From: Laetmonice hystrix
Lineage: Eukaryota
Assembly: GCA_965235115.1 (NCBI GenBank)
Contig: OZ249436.1
Coordinates: 34,224,001 to 34,288,000 of the forward strand
DNA: 64,000 bases
Direction: 5' to 3'
The translations under genes and the position numbers were made by a program. The notes beneath the pieces were generated by a model that was given only the letters and a program-made list of their open reading frames with translations, did not search any database and had not been told where the DNA came from. This document shows positions 13,361 to 26,503 of this stretch, piece by piece (the stretch's first letter is position 1; each line of letters begins with the position of its first letter).

Positions 13361-14348
13361 CTCTGACGGCAAGCGACAATATACTAGGGCGCTTTTGATT
13401 AGTTGAAACGGTTAGAATATAGAACTGGCGGGGGTTCCTGCGCTTTGAGCCAGTGCCTCTTAATGAAAACATCGTCAGGCGTCCACGAAAGGAGACACAA
13501 GTTACAGAGAGGTATTTCTACTGCGTCATACAAGCAGTTAATTGTAAGGATTTAAATCTGAGTTGCCCAAAGCCATAGATCTTTAGTTTTCAGTTTTAAG
13601 GAAATGTAGTTTTGTCAACAGATTATACGTCGACGCTTAAACTGCTTACTGTTGATAGCATCATGGCTATGCATACAGTAAGAGAAATATCTCCTTCCTG
13701 AGGCTCTTGGCCTTTGACCTGATGTCGTTTTTGTCTACCACTGTGCTCCCATCTGAGATCTTTAGTCTTGATAACGTTGTTCTATATTTCACAAAGCGAG
13801 CTCACAGATAGAATGATTCATACGCGAAGATCGAGGAGGGGGCTTGGTCCCCACACGGACAAGTCGATATCATTGACAGTTTTTTAGGACAGTGTCAGTT
13901 ATTTCAACGTCATTTTGTGAAAAATGACCATGCCAGTGTTGAACGTCGGGGAGGGTTTTTACAGACTGCAATTTGTCCGGGGTAGAGTGCAACGATTATC
14001 ACATCATTGTTTTCCCCAGGGGCTGGCCACTACCGGTGTGATGAGTGGATCCTTTTTATAATCCACCCGACAAGGTAATACTTAATTGTGGTCGAGGAAA
14101 AAGGAATAAAGGAAACGGGGAGAAAGTGGTGGAGTAGGTCGGGATTGAATTGAATGGGCAGAGAGCCGCCATGTGTGGGTGTGTGTGGTGTTGGTGGTGG
14201 TGGGGGGGGGGGGGGCAATGTGAGGAGATGGACAAGGGCAAGGGAACAAGGGGAAACACGGTTCTGACGGTCAAGTTTGGTTTGTGATGGTTGGGAGAGT
14301 ATATTGTGGTTGCACTGGGCCTGAAGTTCAATCTCCTCTCTAGACGTA

Positions 14349-14794
14349 TTAAAGCAACCACCGACTATCTCTTATTTCAGGGACTCCAAACTGTAGACAT
14401 GGGCTGTTACGTTACGTTAGATAAGGCCTTAGCCTACATAAATCAATAAATTTGTACCTACAAAAATGGAGAAATCTAATGAAATTCAACATTCCAGTTG
14501 TCTGTTATCGCTATGAAGCGATCGTCTTATGGCTGATTGTTGACAAAGTAGTTGACCTGACATTGACTTGAGCAGCCAATGGAATTCATCGGGCGATGAA
14601 CCAATGAATTTCTTTGGCTGTTCAAGTCAACGCCAGGTCAACGATTTTGTCAACAACCAGCCATAAGCCGATCGAGATATATCTTTGGGTATACATTTAT
14701 TGGTTTATGTAGTCTAAGGCATTACCTAACCTAACAGCCCATGTCTGCATTTTTGAGTCATTAAAATAAGAGATGGTTCGGTGTTTGCTTTTAA
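14349..14794. mobile_element. Foldback (near fully palindromic) non-autonomous DNA transposon with TTAA at both ends, Kolobok-like
   Basis: The left arm TTAAAGCAACCACCG...ATCTCTTATTT...GACTCC..TGTAGACATGGGCTGTTA...CGATCGTCTTATGGCTGATTGTTGACAAAG...CAGCCAATGGAATTCATCGG aligns to the reverse complement of 14600-14794 at roughly 80% identity. The left arm has one extra segment of about 45 bp. Termini are TTAA|AG and CT(T)|TTAA. Confidence 0.8.
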
Positions 14795-16827
14795 TATTGA
14801 TGGTGAGATATAACTGGAGATTTGAATACAAGATACAAGCAGAGGGGGCACGCTCTGGTTATTGGGCCCAGAGAGTTGTTATGGAGCAGGACTGGAGCAT
14901 TCGGAAAATATAATGGGGAGAAAAGAATAATCATTTATTCCAGTTTAGGGTCTAGTAGTACAGCATCCCAGGCTTGGAGATACCTGTTACAGAATGAACG
15001 TTCTCGATATGGTGCCTGGATCAGACAGGACGGACACAACATATCAAATCGTGGAAACCATCACGGCCTGAACGGTATCACTTTCCACAAGATTAGATCG
15101 TGGCTTGTAGTGCTTTTGTAGAGGAATGACGATGCTGATTTCCAAGGAGAAAATCAAACTTAAAAAGTTTCTTTAATTGGTCGTAATTTATCTTTAGAAA
15201 ATGATCCTGCTACATCTCATCTGTAGATCTGATCCTTCTCAGATCGACCGGAGGCGCATTCCATACGTGTTTATACATGATCTATATTATTGCTATTTTT
15301 TTTAATTGGTAGCAACACTATAGCATCATGTCACATCACCAAATGTATGTTAATGAGGTTTCCTGGATGAAGATGTAACACCTCACCCAACCTCACTTTG
15401 GATCCAAGAAATAGTTTGGGTTTTTGGTGTGTTTTTTTTCAGACAAGAGCCTATGTCCCAGCCCCTGGATTTTGTATCTTCCAAGCACTATCTTATCTTT
15501 GCCAAACTTATCTTTTGAATGATAATTGGGTAAATGATCTACACCAAATCAGCCGCACTGCTGATGACTGTATTTACCCGCTTATCTGTTAAAAAATAAA
15601 CCCGTCCAGCTGTTTGTAACCATTTCACCTTTGCTGACCCCCATGGGTCAAACCTAAATGATAAGGGGGGTACATAGGGAGTGAGCGGTGCAGCTGGTCA
15701 GTGCAGCGAGGCCAACAGAAGTAGTAATATGTCCAACTGCTGGTCGTTTCTACTAATGGTCACATATCCACAACCGGCCAGACACACGGGCGCTAATGGG
15801 GGTGCACCTTTTAAACCTACCAGTAATTGAACACTTAAGGGGCCGTGCTCTATGGAGGCCAATCAGGGGGTGGTTAGCGCCGACCCCAGGGTGGGGGTTG
15901 GCACACTTTGATCACCCGGACCTGTTCGCAACCGGTCACGTTGACCCCCAGGCGATGGCTTTTCAAGTACAAGGGTACCACCCCCACCTGGACGAGCCAC
16001 TCGCACCCCGACATCACTGCTCATAATCGATTGTACCTTTTTATTCGCCGTACCCGGGGTTCCTTTTTCTGTGAGGTGGGGGTGGGGGAAACGCGTGGGA
16101 AGATGAGGTTGAGGTGAGAGTATTTAAAGGGGTACCTTCATTCAGTTAGGGTTGTATAGGGGTAGGGGTAGCTTTGTGAGTCAGCCCGGTATGGGGGGAA
16201 AGGCTGGGGGCAATAGGAAAGAAATGGAACCAGGGGTTCCAGCAGTGGCCCAGCGGGCCAGGAGTAGGAGGTCTCAAGATCTGGCAGTCTCTGCCAGCGG
16301 TGTGGCAATCGGCGGGTCGACTTCAGAGGACAGGCAACCTACAGGGGGGGGGGGGGGTAGCATTTCCCGATACCCACAACTACTTCCAGTGCTCATGAGA
16401 TCGCCCTGGTCAGTGCTTTACCAATTATGTTGGGAAGGACCGGGGTTGAGAATGAGGAATACACCTAAAGACATAAACCTAGAAAACTAGGCTGGAGGTT
16501 CCTGGACCTTGACCTTTACCTTGACCTTTCTTGACCTTGACGGGAGCGGAGGGAAGCAGCAGGTAGTTGACGTAGACAGTCAATGTGACACTTTGATCTG
16601 ACTACGTTCTCATCCACCTTCCACACTATCTCCACTGGCTTCGTTCAGTGTCATCATGCCACATCTTATGACTGGTATATTATACAATAATGAATTCAAC
16701 AAGTTGGCAGAACAGTCACACATTGTTTTGAAACGTTTTTCAAACATGGGTGACGCTGGGAGCCGTTATGAGCGGCCTCATATACAGTTCTGGTCGTAGC
16801 AGACTTTGTTCTCAATCTATGAACACA

Positions 16828-18337
16828 GGTTTTCATTAAGCCATGGGGTTGGAGGGGGAAGTGTTCATTAAGTCATGGGGTTGGAGGGGGAAGTGTTCAT
16901 TAAGTCATGGGGTTGGAGGGGGAAGTGTTCATTAAGTCATGGGGTTGGAGGGGGAAGTGTTCCTTAAGTCATGGGGTTGGAGGTGGTAGTGTTCATTAAG
17001 TCATGGGGTTGGAGGTGGTAGTGTTCATTAAGTCATGGGGTTGGAGGGGGAAGTGTTCATTAAGTCGTGGGGTTGGAGGTGGTAGTGTTCATTAAGTCAT
17101 GGGGTTGGAGGGGGTAGTGTTCATTAAGTCATGGGGTTGGGGTGGTAGTGTTCATTAAGTCATGAGGTTGGAGGGGGTAGTGTTCATTAAGTCATGGGGT
17201 TGGAGGTGGTAGTGTTCATTAAGTCATGGGGTTGGAGGGGGTAGTGTTCATTAAGTCATGGGGTTGGAGGGGGAAATGTTCATTAAGTAACGGGGTTGGA
17301 GGGGAAAGTGTTTATTAAGTCATGGGGTTGGAGGGGGGAAGTTTTCATTAATTCATGGGGTTGGAGGGGGAAGTGTTCATTAAGTCGTGGGGTTGGAGGT
17401 GGTAGTGTTCATTAAGTCATGGGGTTGGAGGGGGGAAGTGTTCCTTAAGTCATGGGGTTGGAGGTGGTAGTGTTCATTAAGTCATGGGGTTGGAGGTGGT
17501 AGTGTTCATTAAGTCATGGGGTTGGAGGGGGAAGTGTTCATTAAGTCGTGGGGTTGCAGGTGGTAGTGTTCATTAAGTCATGGGGTTGGAGGGGGTAGTG
17601 TTCATTAAGTCATGGGGTTGGGGTGGTAGTGTTCATTAAGTCGTGGGGTTGGAGGTGGTAGTGTTCATTAAGTCATGGGGTTGGAGGTGGTAGTGTTCAT
17701 TAAGTCATGGGGTTGGAGGGGGTAGTGTTCATTAAGTCATGGGGTTGGGGTGGTAGTGTTCATTAAGTCATGAGGTTGGAGGGGGAAATGTTCATTAGGT
17801 AACGGGGTTGGAGGGGAAAGTGTTTATTAAGTCATGGGGTTGGAGGGGGGAAGTTTTCATTAATTCATGGGGTTGGGGGGGGGGGAAGTGTTCATTAAGT
17901 CATGGGGTTGGACGGGGAAGTGTTCAGTAAGTCATGGGGTTGGAGGGGGTAGTGTTCATTAAGTCATGGGGTTGGAGAGGAAGTGTTCATTAAGTCATGG
18001 GGTTGGAGGGGAAGTGTTCATTAAGTCATGGGGTTGAAGGGGGAAGTGTTCATTAAGTCATGGGGTTGGAGGGGGAAGTGTTCATTAAGTCATGGGGTTG
18101 GACGGGCAGTGTTCATTAAGTCATGGGGTTGGAGGGGGAAGTGTTCATTAAGTCGTGGGGTTGAAGGGGGAAGTGTTCATTAAGTCACGGGGTTGGAGGG
18201 GAAGTGTTCATTAAGTCATGGGGTTGAAGGGGGAAGTGTTCATTAAGTCATGGGGTTGAAGGGGGAAGTGTTCATTAAGTCATGGGGTTGGAGGGGGAAG
18301 TGTTCATTAAGTCATAATGTTAGAGGGGGAAGTGTCA
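16828..18337. repeat. 32-bp G-rich minisatellite, about 47 units
   Basis: Consensus GTGTTCATTAAGTCATGGGGTTGGAGGGGGAA, with variants ending GGAGGTGGTA or GGAGGGGGTA. Period 32 was measured from 16861 to 16893. Confidence 0.97.
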
Positions 18338-20229
18338 TGCCCTGACAATGTTGGCAGGATTCATGTATAGACGGATCAAGGTCGATGTAAGAGTCCATCC
18401 GTCTGTCCCTACTTACACCACGTAACCTTACGGCCGCGCTCCATGGCGTCCTAAACGGTCACTTGACTTTGATGGTATCCGACTCAGCGAGCAATTATTC
18501 CACCATTGATCCAAGTAACTGTCGACTGGAGCATCAGGTCAACGACCTTGGTACCTTCGTGCTAAACATGAACTTGGAGTTAGAATTGACTCAGACATTT
18601 GAAAAGAATCACTTGCAATAAAGCGTTGAAAATGTGGGTTTTTTTCGTGCCAGGTTGCCAATAATGACAAGAATATTGAGTTAAAAGAGGGGTATGTTTA
18701 TAGTGAAAGGTAGACTAAGGTATTGAATACAAGAAAGTATGAACACGGGACTGAACTCCAAGCAGCGTAGTCCCTTCATCTCTTGACCTTTAAGTCATGA
18801 TTCACACGATCCTCCCGAGTAAACATAATTAATTTGTGTCCACGGGTGTAACACCTGAGTCCCCCACTCATCATCAAGTATGCCGCACAAGGTGTGATCT
18901 TTCTCACCTGATCATCTGATTACAGGTGAGGGTGTTGTCTATAGCTGGGGGTTCGGGGGGGGGGGGGCACGGTAACGGGTCGTCGTCATGGGGCTGGAGG
19001 CCTGACACGCCCAGTCGTACAGGTGGCCTGTAGAGACTGTTACAGGTATAAGAAAGGGGCCGGTGCCGTAAGGTTCACATGGAGAGAGGGGGAGGCGAAA
19101 GACACCATACACTTATTATTATGACAGGTGCACTCTGAGATGGTCGGGCCATTGTCAATGACCTGGTGTCATACGTCAGAGGCAGTGTGGCGTGCTCGTG
19201 TTTTTTTATTATTTTTATGTGAGTTTTCCTCTAAGAAAGTCGACCGTACCTTGTATTCCAAACGGGTATCTTATACTGGTTCTCGTGAACTTATATATTG
19301 AGCATCGCAACTTGGAGTTAACCAGTGACACGTGTATCAAATGCAAATTAAGGATCGAGCCACCTGTTATATACGTATATATGTATACATGGCAGGAAAC
19401 ATAAAGCAAAGAGACATACTAAAGTACGATCATATAAACTTAAGTGTTGATTTTATGGTGTGTTTTTTTTCTGAGAGAAAGAATAACACAAGCGGAGCCT
19501 ATGTCCAAACTGTCACGAACAGATACAGTCGCTATACAATCGGTGGACATTTAATGAAATTATATTCATGAATATCGTCAGAGTTGGTAAATAGCCATCT
19601 TACAATGGTTCTGGATGAGTAGGGACCTTCCAACTGGTAGAATGACCCATGCTATGATGTTACTAGAGTAAACCCCGGTATTGCCCTACTGATCGAGACG
19701 ACCAGATTACCATATACATGAACTCTTGTTGTAACTTATATCTGCATGTAAAGGTCAATAAACAAGGGGTAAGTTGGAGTGTAGCCATCCGTCATGGGGT
19801 CACATAATTATCATGTATTTTCCGAAATTGTCAAATTATGCTATCAGCTTTTCCAGGATCTCCAGGAAATTGAAGTTCTGCGCATTTAACAATGCTATAT
19901 GTAATAAGTATTTAAAAAAGGAAGCAACTATATATGATAATGTAACACAAATATATGCATATGTGTGTATGTATGGAAATTGGTATATATCCCCAAAATT
20001 ATAAGCATTACAGCATCATTACGTCATATGTCATTTCCGATCCTCAGTCCAGGGTCCAGTGTTTAATGTGTTCATAAGTTTCACCAAGTCGTTTATTCCC
20101 CTCTCGAGGCACCAGGCACAGCGCTTTGGACTTAACGGCATGCGATATGAGATGATGAGGCAAAGTTCTGTCTAAGCTGCCAGGAAACAACTGTTATCTG
20201 CTCGCTGTACACCTAATTTGATCACCAGT

Positions 20230-21800
20230 AATGACTGTTTGCCGTCAGTCAGGGCTCATGTTTGTTATATCTCTCCTCAATTCGCTGTTCATGTTTCGCC
20301 ACCAAAATGGCCTGCTAAGGCTAGGAGAAAACAGGCTTTGTGGTGTCTGTATCATTAGAAGGGAATTGGACCAACTGGGAACTATAGCACCCCAGTCTGA
20401 CGGATTATTAAGCCTTAGATTTACCGCCAATGGAACATGGTTGTTTCACAAAAGCCACGCACAGTTCTACGTCCCCGCCCCACTCCCCGCCAGAGCCGCA
20501 ATCAGGTTTTTGTCTTTTTATGAAATTTAATCAAGAAAATTGCAAGTGGTGATGCGAGCGTTGAGCGGGAAGCCGGGCGGGCAGAACGCCGACCGACCTG
20601 CGGAGTTGTGATGGCCAGTCGTGCATGGTGACAATAGCAATCAGGCAGGCGGGTAATCGGGCTCCTTTACACAGATTGGAAGACAGCGAATGGGAAACGT
20701 TATGATGAAGGCAGATGCTAGTGTTACAGGCTTGTCAGGGGCTTCATACAAAGTGGAGGTGGGTGGTGGGTGCCAGCCGCAGGGAGTCAGGTGAATGGTG
20801 CGATGGCCGCCCTCATCATCAGGTATGCTCCCACCCAGCAACGTGTTCTTTTGATCTGTGCTGATCATATTAAATGATAGCCGTGCATGCACGAGACGCC
20901 AGGAGATGGGGAGGCAACAGTTTGTTGTGGGGAGGGGGAGGGAGTGGGGTTGACCCCACTGGGCACCCGGGGGGTCATGGGGATGGCTGTAGGAGCAGGG
21001 TGTTTTTGATGGTAAGGCAGAGATCCAGTTTGAGATCGAGTGACAGGTGAGCCCACATCCAAGCTGCCTGCTCGCTGTCTTTATCACATCAAGGTGCGCT
21101 CAGGTGGGGGTAAACCAACACCAATGCTGCTCTTGCGTGAAGCACAATGAAAGTCATTAAGTTTGCCTGGCTGCACCACAGCGCAGAGCTGGCCCCTAAG
21201 GGCACGGGGTCCCAACCTCCGGGGGGCCGGATCGGCTAGACGTATCGTAACGACGAGGGTGGAGCCCCTGGTGGTCTCTAACCCTCACCCAAACCCCACC
21301 TTGATGTTGAGTTTTGATGCTTGACTCGAACGCATGAATCAGGTGGATTGCGTACAGGATTTTAGAGACGACATTTCGGAACCATTTCTGGCAGTACAAC
21401 AAACTGGTCTCTGATGTAGGCCTGGTTGTAGTACTGACAAACTACTGGAGTAATTGGTCCCGCCGTCCCTGGCATGACGGACTGCCAGTACAAAACGACC
21501 CCCCCCCCTCCGCCAACCCCACCCAGCACCCCACACACGCACTCTTGTGTTCAGGACGAGGCCCTTTGAACTGCAGGATCACTGATGTTAATAGTGTCGG
21601 AGCAGCTGAAAATTGGCCGCCAATTCCTGGTGGAATCTGTGTGGAGCAAGGCATTGTAGACAGAGCCACGTGGGTGCGAACTGACACAGAGTACCTGGCT
21701 GTCTCTGTTATCATGTCCACTCAGCCATCTCATTCGATGATCCCACAGCCATTTCGGTTCTAGAGGCAATTTGCCAGAGGGTCTGTAATTAGAACTCACA
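20230..21800 (-). mobile_element. Decayed Ty3/Gypsy-like gag and integrase zinc-finger remnants (tentative)
   Basis: - strand YIRDQFVVLP (cf. gag MIRDQFVxGL) near 21400, and DWGAIVP...RPFWWRNMNSELRR (cf. WGxRVVIP...WWPxMxxDI of the integrase H2C2 region) at 20245-20430. No intact pol lies between them. Confidence 0.28.
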
Positions 21801-22099
21801 AGTCAGCCTGTCTACGAGTTACCGTGGCAGTAGAAGATCCACAGGCATTCTTTTCGCTCAGACATTAATACAGTAACACAGTGGCCACAGATTACAAACC
21901 GGGCGCCCCCACCCCCAATCGGTTCAGTTAATCCCCGGGATTATCGGTCGTGGATCCATTGAGGCGGTGAATGGCGGGGAGCACCTGTATGGGGAGTGGG
22001 GGGTGGGGTGCCGGTGTCGTGTCTTGAGGCCATCCATTATCATTTAGCCGTGCCTTTGGCCTCGTGTCTCACTCGATGCCCATTTCATGTGGCCAGCTA

Positions 22100-23150
22100 A
22101 TTGGCGGCGTAAGTAGCTGAGACAATGACCGCGCTTTGTGAACATGGATATTTAGTGATTGACTCGGCCACTCGGCCAGGTGCTTTGAGGGCCGGGTCAA
22201 GCACGTCATGGACTCTTTGTATTTCCTGGCCCTATCATCCATTCAGAGCTGTATTTACTGGAGGCTGGCAAAGAGATGTTGATCATCCGTACTCAATATT
22301 GCCCCGGTACTTTAAGTCGGCCCATGCTGTAACCCTTGACCAGGGTCTTATACGCTTCGAGAAAGAGAAGTACTTTATGGAGGGTGTCTGTAAATTGTGT
22401 ACACGTTGAGAAATATTGTTCATAACAGCACTTCATGTATGTTTTAGAGCCAGGGTTATTACTTGTCTCCATTGAGTGAGATTGAGACATTGATGGCGTT
22501 TATAGAGACCTCGCGGCTTTCTTTGTTTTGTGGTTGAGTTGTGGTACGGACGTCAGATCAGTATTGTCTTTTGAGTGGTCTAGATCTCCAGGCTTATCGG
22601 CCATCTTCACCTCTGATGACACGGCGCATTGTGACGGCGACTCTCTGACACTGCCGCCACATCCGCCGTCTCCTGATGTGGCACGCCGCTTGATCCCGGC
22701 CACTGATGGAGTTAATGCCCTGGGTGATGCTCTCCCCGACCGGCCACTGATGGAGTTAATGCCCTGGGTGATGCTCTCCCCGACCGGCCGGTGGTGGCCG
22801 GCCGGGGACTTGGTGGTCGATCCCGCCGGAGTACCACCGCCCTCACACGTACTCAGATGTCCTGGCCAGGCTTTCTCTATAGCTGTCACGTCCTCAGTCT
22901 ATAGTCTCTCCGTGCTCCCCGCCGCCTTGACCTTTAGCTGGTCCACAGGCAGACAACAGTGGAGGCCATCAGATGATGCCTCCAGTGGCCAGTGTTGTAA
23001 AGCGCTGTGCTGTATCTCCTATAATACCCTCTTACATAAGTGTCACCCACGGCCAGCCGGAGCACCTGACCGCAGTGACATTTCCCCCGGGCTCCAGAGT
23101 ACATATTTGCCCGGTAATTCCCGGCAGTACCGGTATTTAGGTCAGGGAGC
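22100..23150 (-). mobile_element. Decayed CR1/L2-like LINE 5' region (PHD-type ORF1 and endonuclease start)
   Basis: - strand AVRCSGWPWVTLM*EGIIGDTAQRFTTLATGGII*WPPLLSAC follows the spacing of a PHD finger (C..C..W.H..C.GI.....W.CP.C). Downstream, NIHEVLL*TIFLNVYTIYRH resembles the APE ETWL...GYTIYR.DR region. There are multiple stops. Confidence 0.38.
22696..22789. repeat. Perfect 44-bp tandem duplication
   Basis: CCGGCCACTGATGGAGTTAATGCCCTGGGTGATGCTCTCCCCGA occurs twice (22696 and 22740). Confidence 0.95.
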
Positions 23151-25192
23151 GACTGGCTTTTGTGCGGATTATATCTGGGGACAGTCGAGTGACAAGCCGG
23201 GATAACTGATGCTCTTTTGATGGGCCCCATCCCGTAGGTAGTTGGCCGGGTGCTGATCCGCGCCTGATGAAGTGGTTGGAGATGGTTAGCGGGTTAGCCG
23301 TGGCCATTTGCAGGCTGCTGATGCTGCAGCATCCAGCCAAGATGAGCAATTGAAGTGATGGCCGACCCCAGGACAACCGCCAATCCACAGGAGATACGTG
23401 CCACTGGCATGGGTGGGCCAGCAGCTGTATCAGATGCCAGTCAGTATATATTATGGTTTGGTGGTCGATAAGGAAGTCTTTTCGCCTGGCAGATAACCTA
23501 GTTCACAATGACGTGAAGTGAGATGAAACAATGTCAGATAAGATGGTGTGATCAGGGGCGTGGAAACTGGATGAGTATGGATGTAACGGGGCAGTGGAAT
23601 GAGAAACGGTCACTCGTGCCTAGCGGGTGGAGATTAAGTAGTGGTTGAAGGGGGAGGAGGGAGGTTGGTGGGTGACTGTGGCCGGTAGGTGTGGTGTCAA
23701 ACAGTCGGATCCCTATGGAAGCCACCAGCCGAATCTGATGTGGAGTGTTGATGATATGAGTGATGTTTAATAGGATCTGTCCAGTAGACGTGAGTGGATG
23801 CTAGTTCTGGGTGGACTGTGGCCGGTAGGAGGGAGGGGGGGGGGGTGAGAGGGGGTAGGGAGGGTCATGGCAGGTTTATCTGAGGGATGACATGCTTTGT
23901 GTGACCATCTTCCTTGTAATTGTCTGTCCATCCTGTGAGAAGTCGGGGACATGCAAGCCATTCATCAGGACCGACCGGGATGTGCATCTGGTGAAAAGCA
24001 ATTATGAATCTTTGATATTGGTGTAATGGATTCACTTAAGGCTAATCAGGGCTGCGTCATGATGGCCGAGTGAAAGCTAAGTTTGTTAATCTGGCACAGA
24101 TTGACCAGCGATCACCACAGCTGAGGCTGAATGAAAGAATTGATGAGCCAACTTGACGGCAATGGATGGCCTGACAGAACGATAATGCTTTTGCAATGGT
24201 TCTTGATAGGAAAGGTCACAGTTTGCGAGGAGTCGAACGTCTCCCCGACTTGACCCCAAACCCTGCTTATGGTATTAAATATATTTACCAAATATTGTGA
24301 CAATCCTGGCTAATGGCTGCTATGGTTTCATGCACTGATGGCAGGTTCATTCAGAGTGGAGTTTCTACTCTCTCCGAAATACTTCATTCACAGTACATTA
24401 TCTGCGTTATCCGCATCTTTTAAGGGACCCTGAATATTGTCTCTACTTTTTCTACGTCAAAGGCACTTTAAGCAAAGAGAAAAAAGTATTGTGACTGCAT
24501 CAAAAAGCATAAGCTGTCAGGAAAACCAGAAGAGTACTGATTGAAAGACAGAGCCGTGGGTGTCGCGCTACCTAAGCTTATAATTACCCGAGTGGAGTTA
24601 GCCACATCAGAGGGCGAGCAGAGAATGGTCATAGACCCGCCAAGTACGAGCCGGTCTATGCCCTCCGGGTACAGAACAATGGCCTTAAAGGTTACCAGGT
24701 AGCAACAGGAGGAAAGTTAGAGAATGTGGCAACTGGAGTGGGACTGGGAACAGTACGGCGTCTCGGTGCCTGGCAACCAGTGCGGCGGGGGTGAGCATAA
24801 AACACTGGCCTCACACCCTCCACAAGCCCTGCCCACATTTAAATGCTAATTCTAATTAGTTTATGATGACGCCGGTCGAAAGCAGACACTGACCATCAGT
24901 CAATGGGCAGTGGCACCGACTCTTGTGCTTTACTATAGAAACCTGTAGTCAGGCCATATTTTACTGGACAATGTTACAACTTAGCTAAATGCAAATGACA
25001 ACAGGCGTGTATTATTTGAGGGTTGAAATGGGAAGAGCAGGAGAGGGAAGTGTCAGTTGGGCCACGGACACGGAGCAGTAGAGAGACTTGCCAACAGTTG
25101 GTGCTGGCTTGGTTGCAGGTCAGTGGATTTCGGGAGTTTTACGTATGCCCTGCTTCATCCCCCCTCGGGCCAAGAGGGAGAGCCAGAGAGCC

Positions 25193-25219
25193 ATGGCGGC
25201 CAAATCGGCGACGTCAACA
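25193..25219 (+). CDS. Candidate first coding exon (MAAKSATST)
   Basis: Strong Kozak GCCATGG at 25193 followed by a consensus donor ACA|GTAAGT at 25220, in a CpG-rich region. Confidence 0.33.
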
Positions 25220-25998
25220 GTAAGTGAACCATCGTTCTATCCTTCTCATTCCATAACGGCGGTGAATTTTTGATGACCGGGGATGCACGGCCATGTCCGA
25301 GTCAGCGAGGTGTGTACAGCGAGTGGAGACGGACAAAGCCAGCGCTAGGCCGGAATAGATGGCATTGTCACATCGGCCTGACCCAAACTGATGAAGCAAT
25401 TTACCATCGATTGGTGCATGGCCGGCCGAGGGCACGCAGGCCTGGCCGGCCAACCCGAGTCATACTGTTCACTTGACTCGGAAGGTGTTGGTTTACGGAA
25501 CTACCAGGTACACTTGCTCCAGGTGATCCATCCTCGTAGTTTTTCTCGTACTTCTCTCGGTTTTGGAAGATAACAAGTGAAAGGATTCAGGAGGAGTATC
25601 ATTTGAAAGGATATACACCTGTGGAACATGCTGGGGGGATCTCATCTTTTTCTGATAACATGTGTTTATAGGAAGTATGTGGACATGACTAAAATAAGAC
25701 TGGCCCTATTATTATCTATCCATGTTACATACTTCTTAGTAGACTGATTTAATCATAGTATATTCTTGTAATATGTAATATGACACCATTAATAACATAG
25801 TAGGCCTATGCCCTTTAAAATCCTATAAGGCTTGTCCTAAAGTGCCGATAATCTACGTTAAACGAGCGGGGTATTGACATGCAGTTGAAGACTGGCGAAG
25901 GTAGTGAGGGCCTTATATACGGAAAACTCAGGCCAGTAAAGTAGGCGTGAGAACGGTGGTTCTGACCGCTAGGAAGGAAGGTCTGCTGACAAGTTGTC

Positions 25999-26018
25999 AT
26001 GAGCCAGCCACAGCAGCA

Positions 26019-26069
<51 letters not shown>
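25999..26069 (+). CDS. Candidate polyglutamine first exon (MSQP-Q19..)
   Basis: ATG AGC CAG CCA is in frame with the CAG/CAA tract. The tract ends CA|GTAAGA (donor-like); unspliced it reads CAG TAA. Confidence 0.22.

Positions 26070-26070
<1 letters not shown>
26011..26070. repeat. (CAG)20 tract with one CAA interruption
   Basis: CAGx3, CAA, CAGx16 read directly. Confidence 0.97.
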
Positions 26071-26073
<3 letters not shown>

Positions 26074-26503
26074 GAGTAGAAGCAGCAGGCGGAGGACCAT
26101 TAGACTGTCCAGCTGCCGGATGGGTGACACTTGCAGGAACTGATGAGACTGCAGTCTGACAGCTCCTGGCACTGTCACTGAGACCAGCAGACAAGTTATG
26201 ATTCATTTTCACCTCGTGGAGTCAGATTGTGGTGGCTGCCTGGCTGCTGCTGGAGCAGGATGATGATGAGGATGGGGAAGGAGGGGGGGGGGTAGGATGG
26301 TGCTGTGGTCTCTGTCCCCTTGCCAGCATCATGTGACTGCTGTCAGGTGTGTCAGCCAGCCCACGTTCCCAGCCGTCAGGACTATCATCAAAGACTCACC
26401 TATCGACGTACACAGACATCAGTGGCTGGGAATGGGCAGCCTGCTGCCTGGACTTCCCCGCCGCAGTCAACTCATCTCCTTCACTCCCCCTCCTCCACCT
26501 CCA

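Noticed and set aside
3411-15585. - strand micro-exons at 3411-3424 (14 nt), 7648-7660/7663 (13/16 nt) and 15578-15585 (8 nt)
   Set aside because: The splice-like flanks are good, but many such acceptor-donor pairs are expected by chance in 128 kb of both strands, and no coherent frame could be built.
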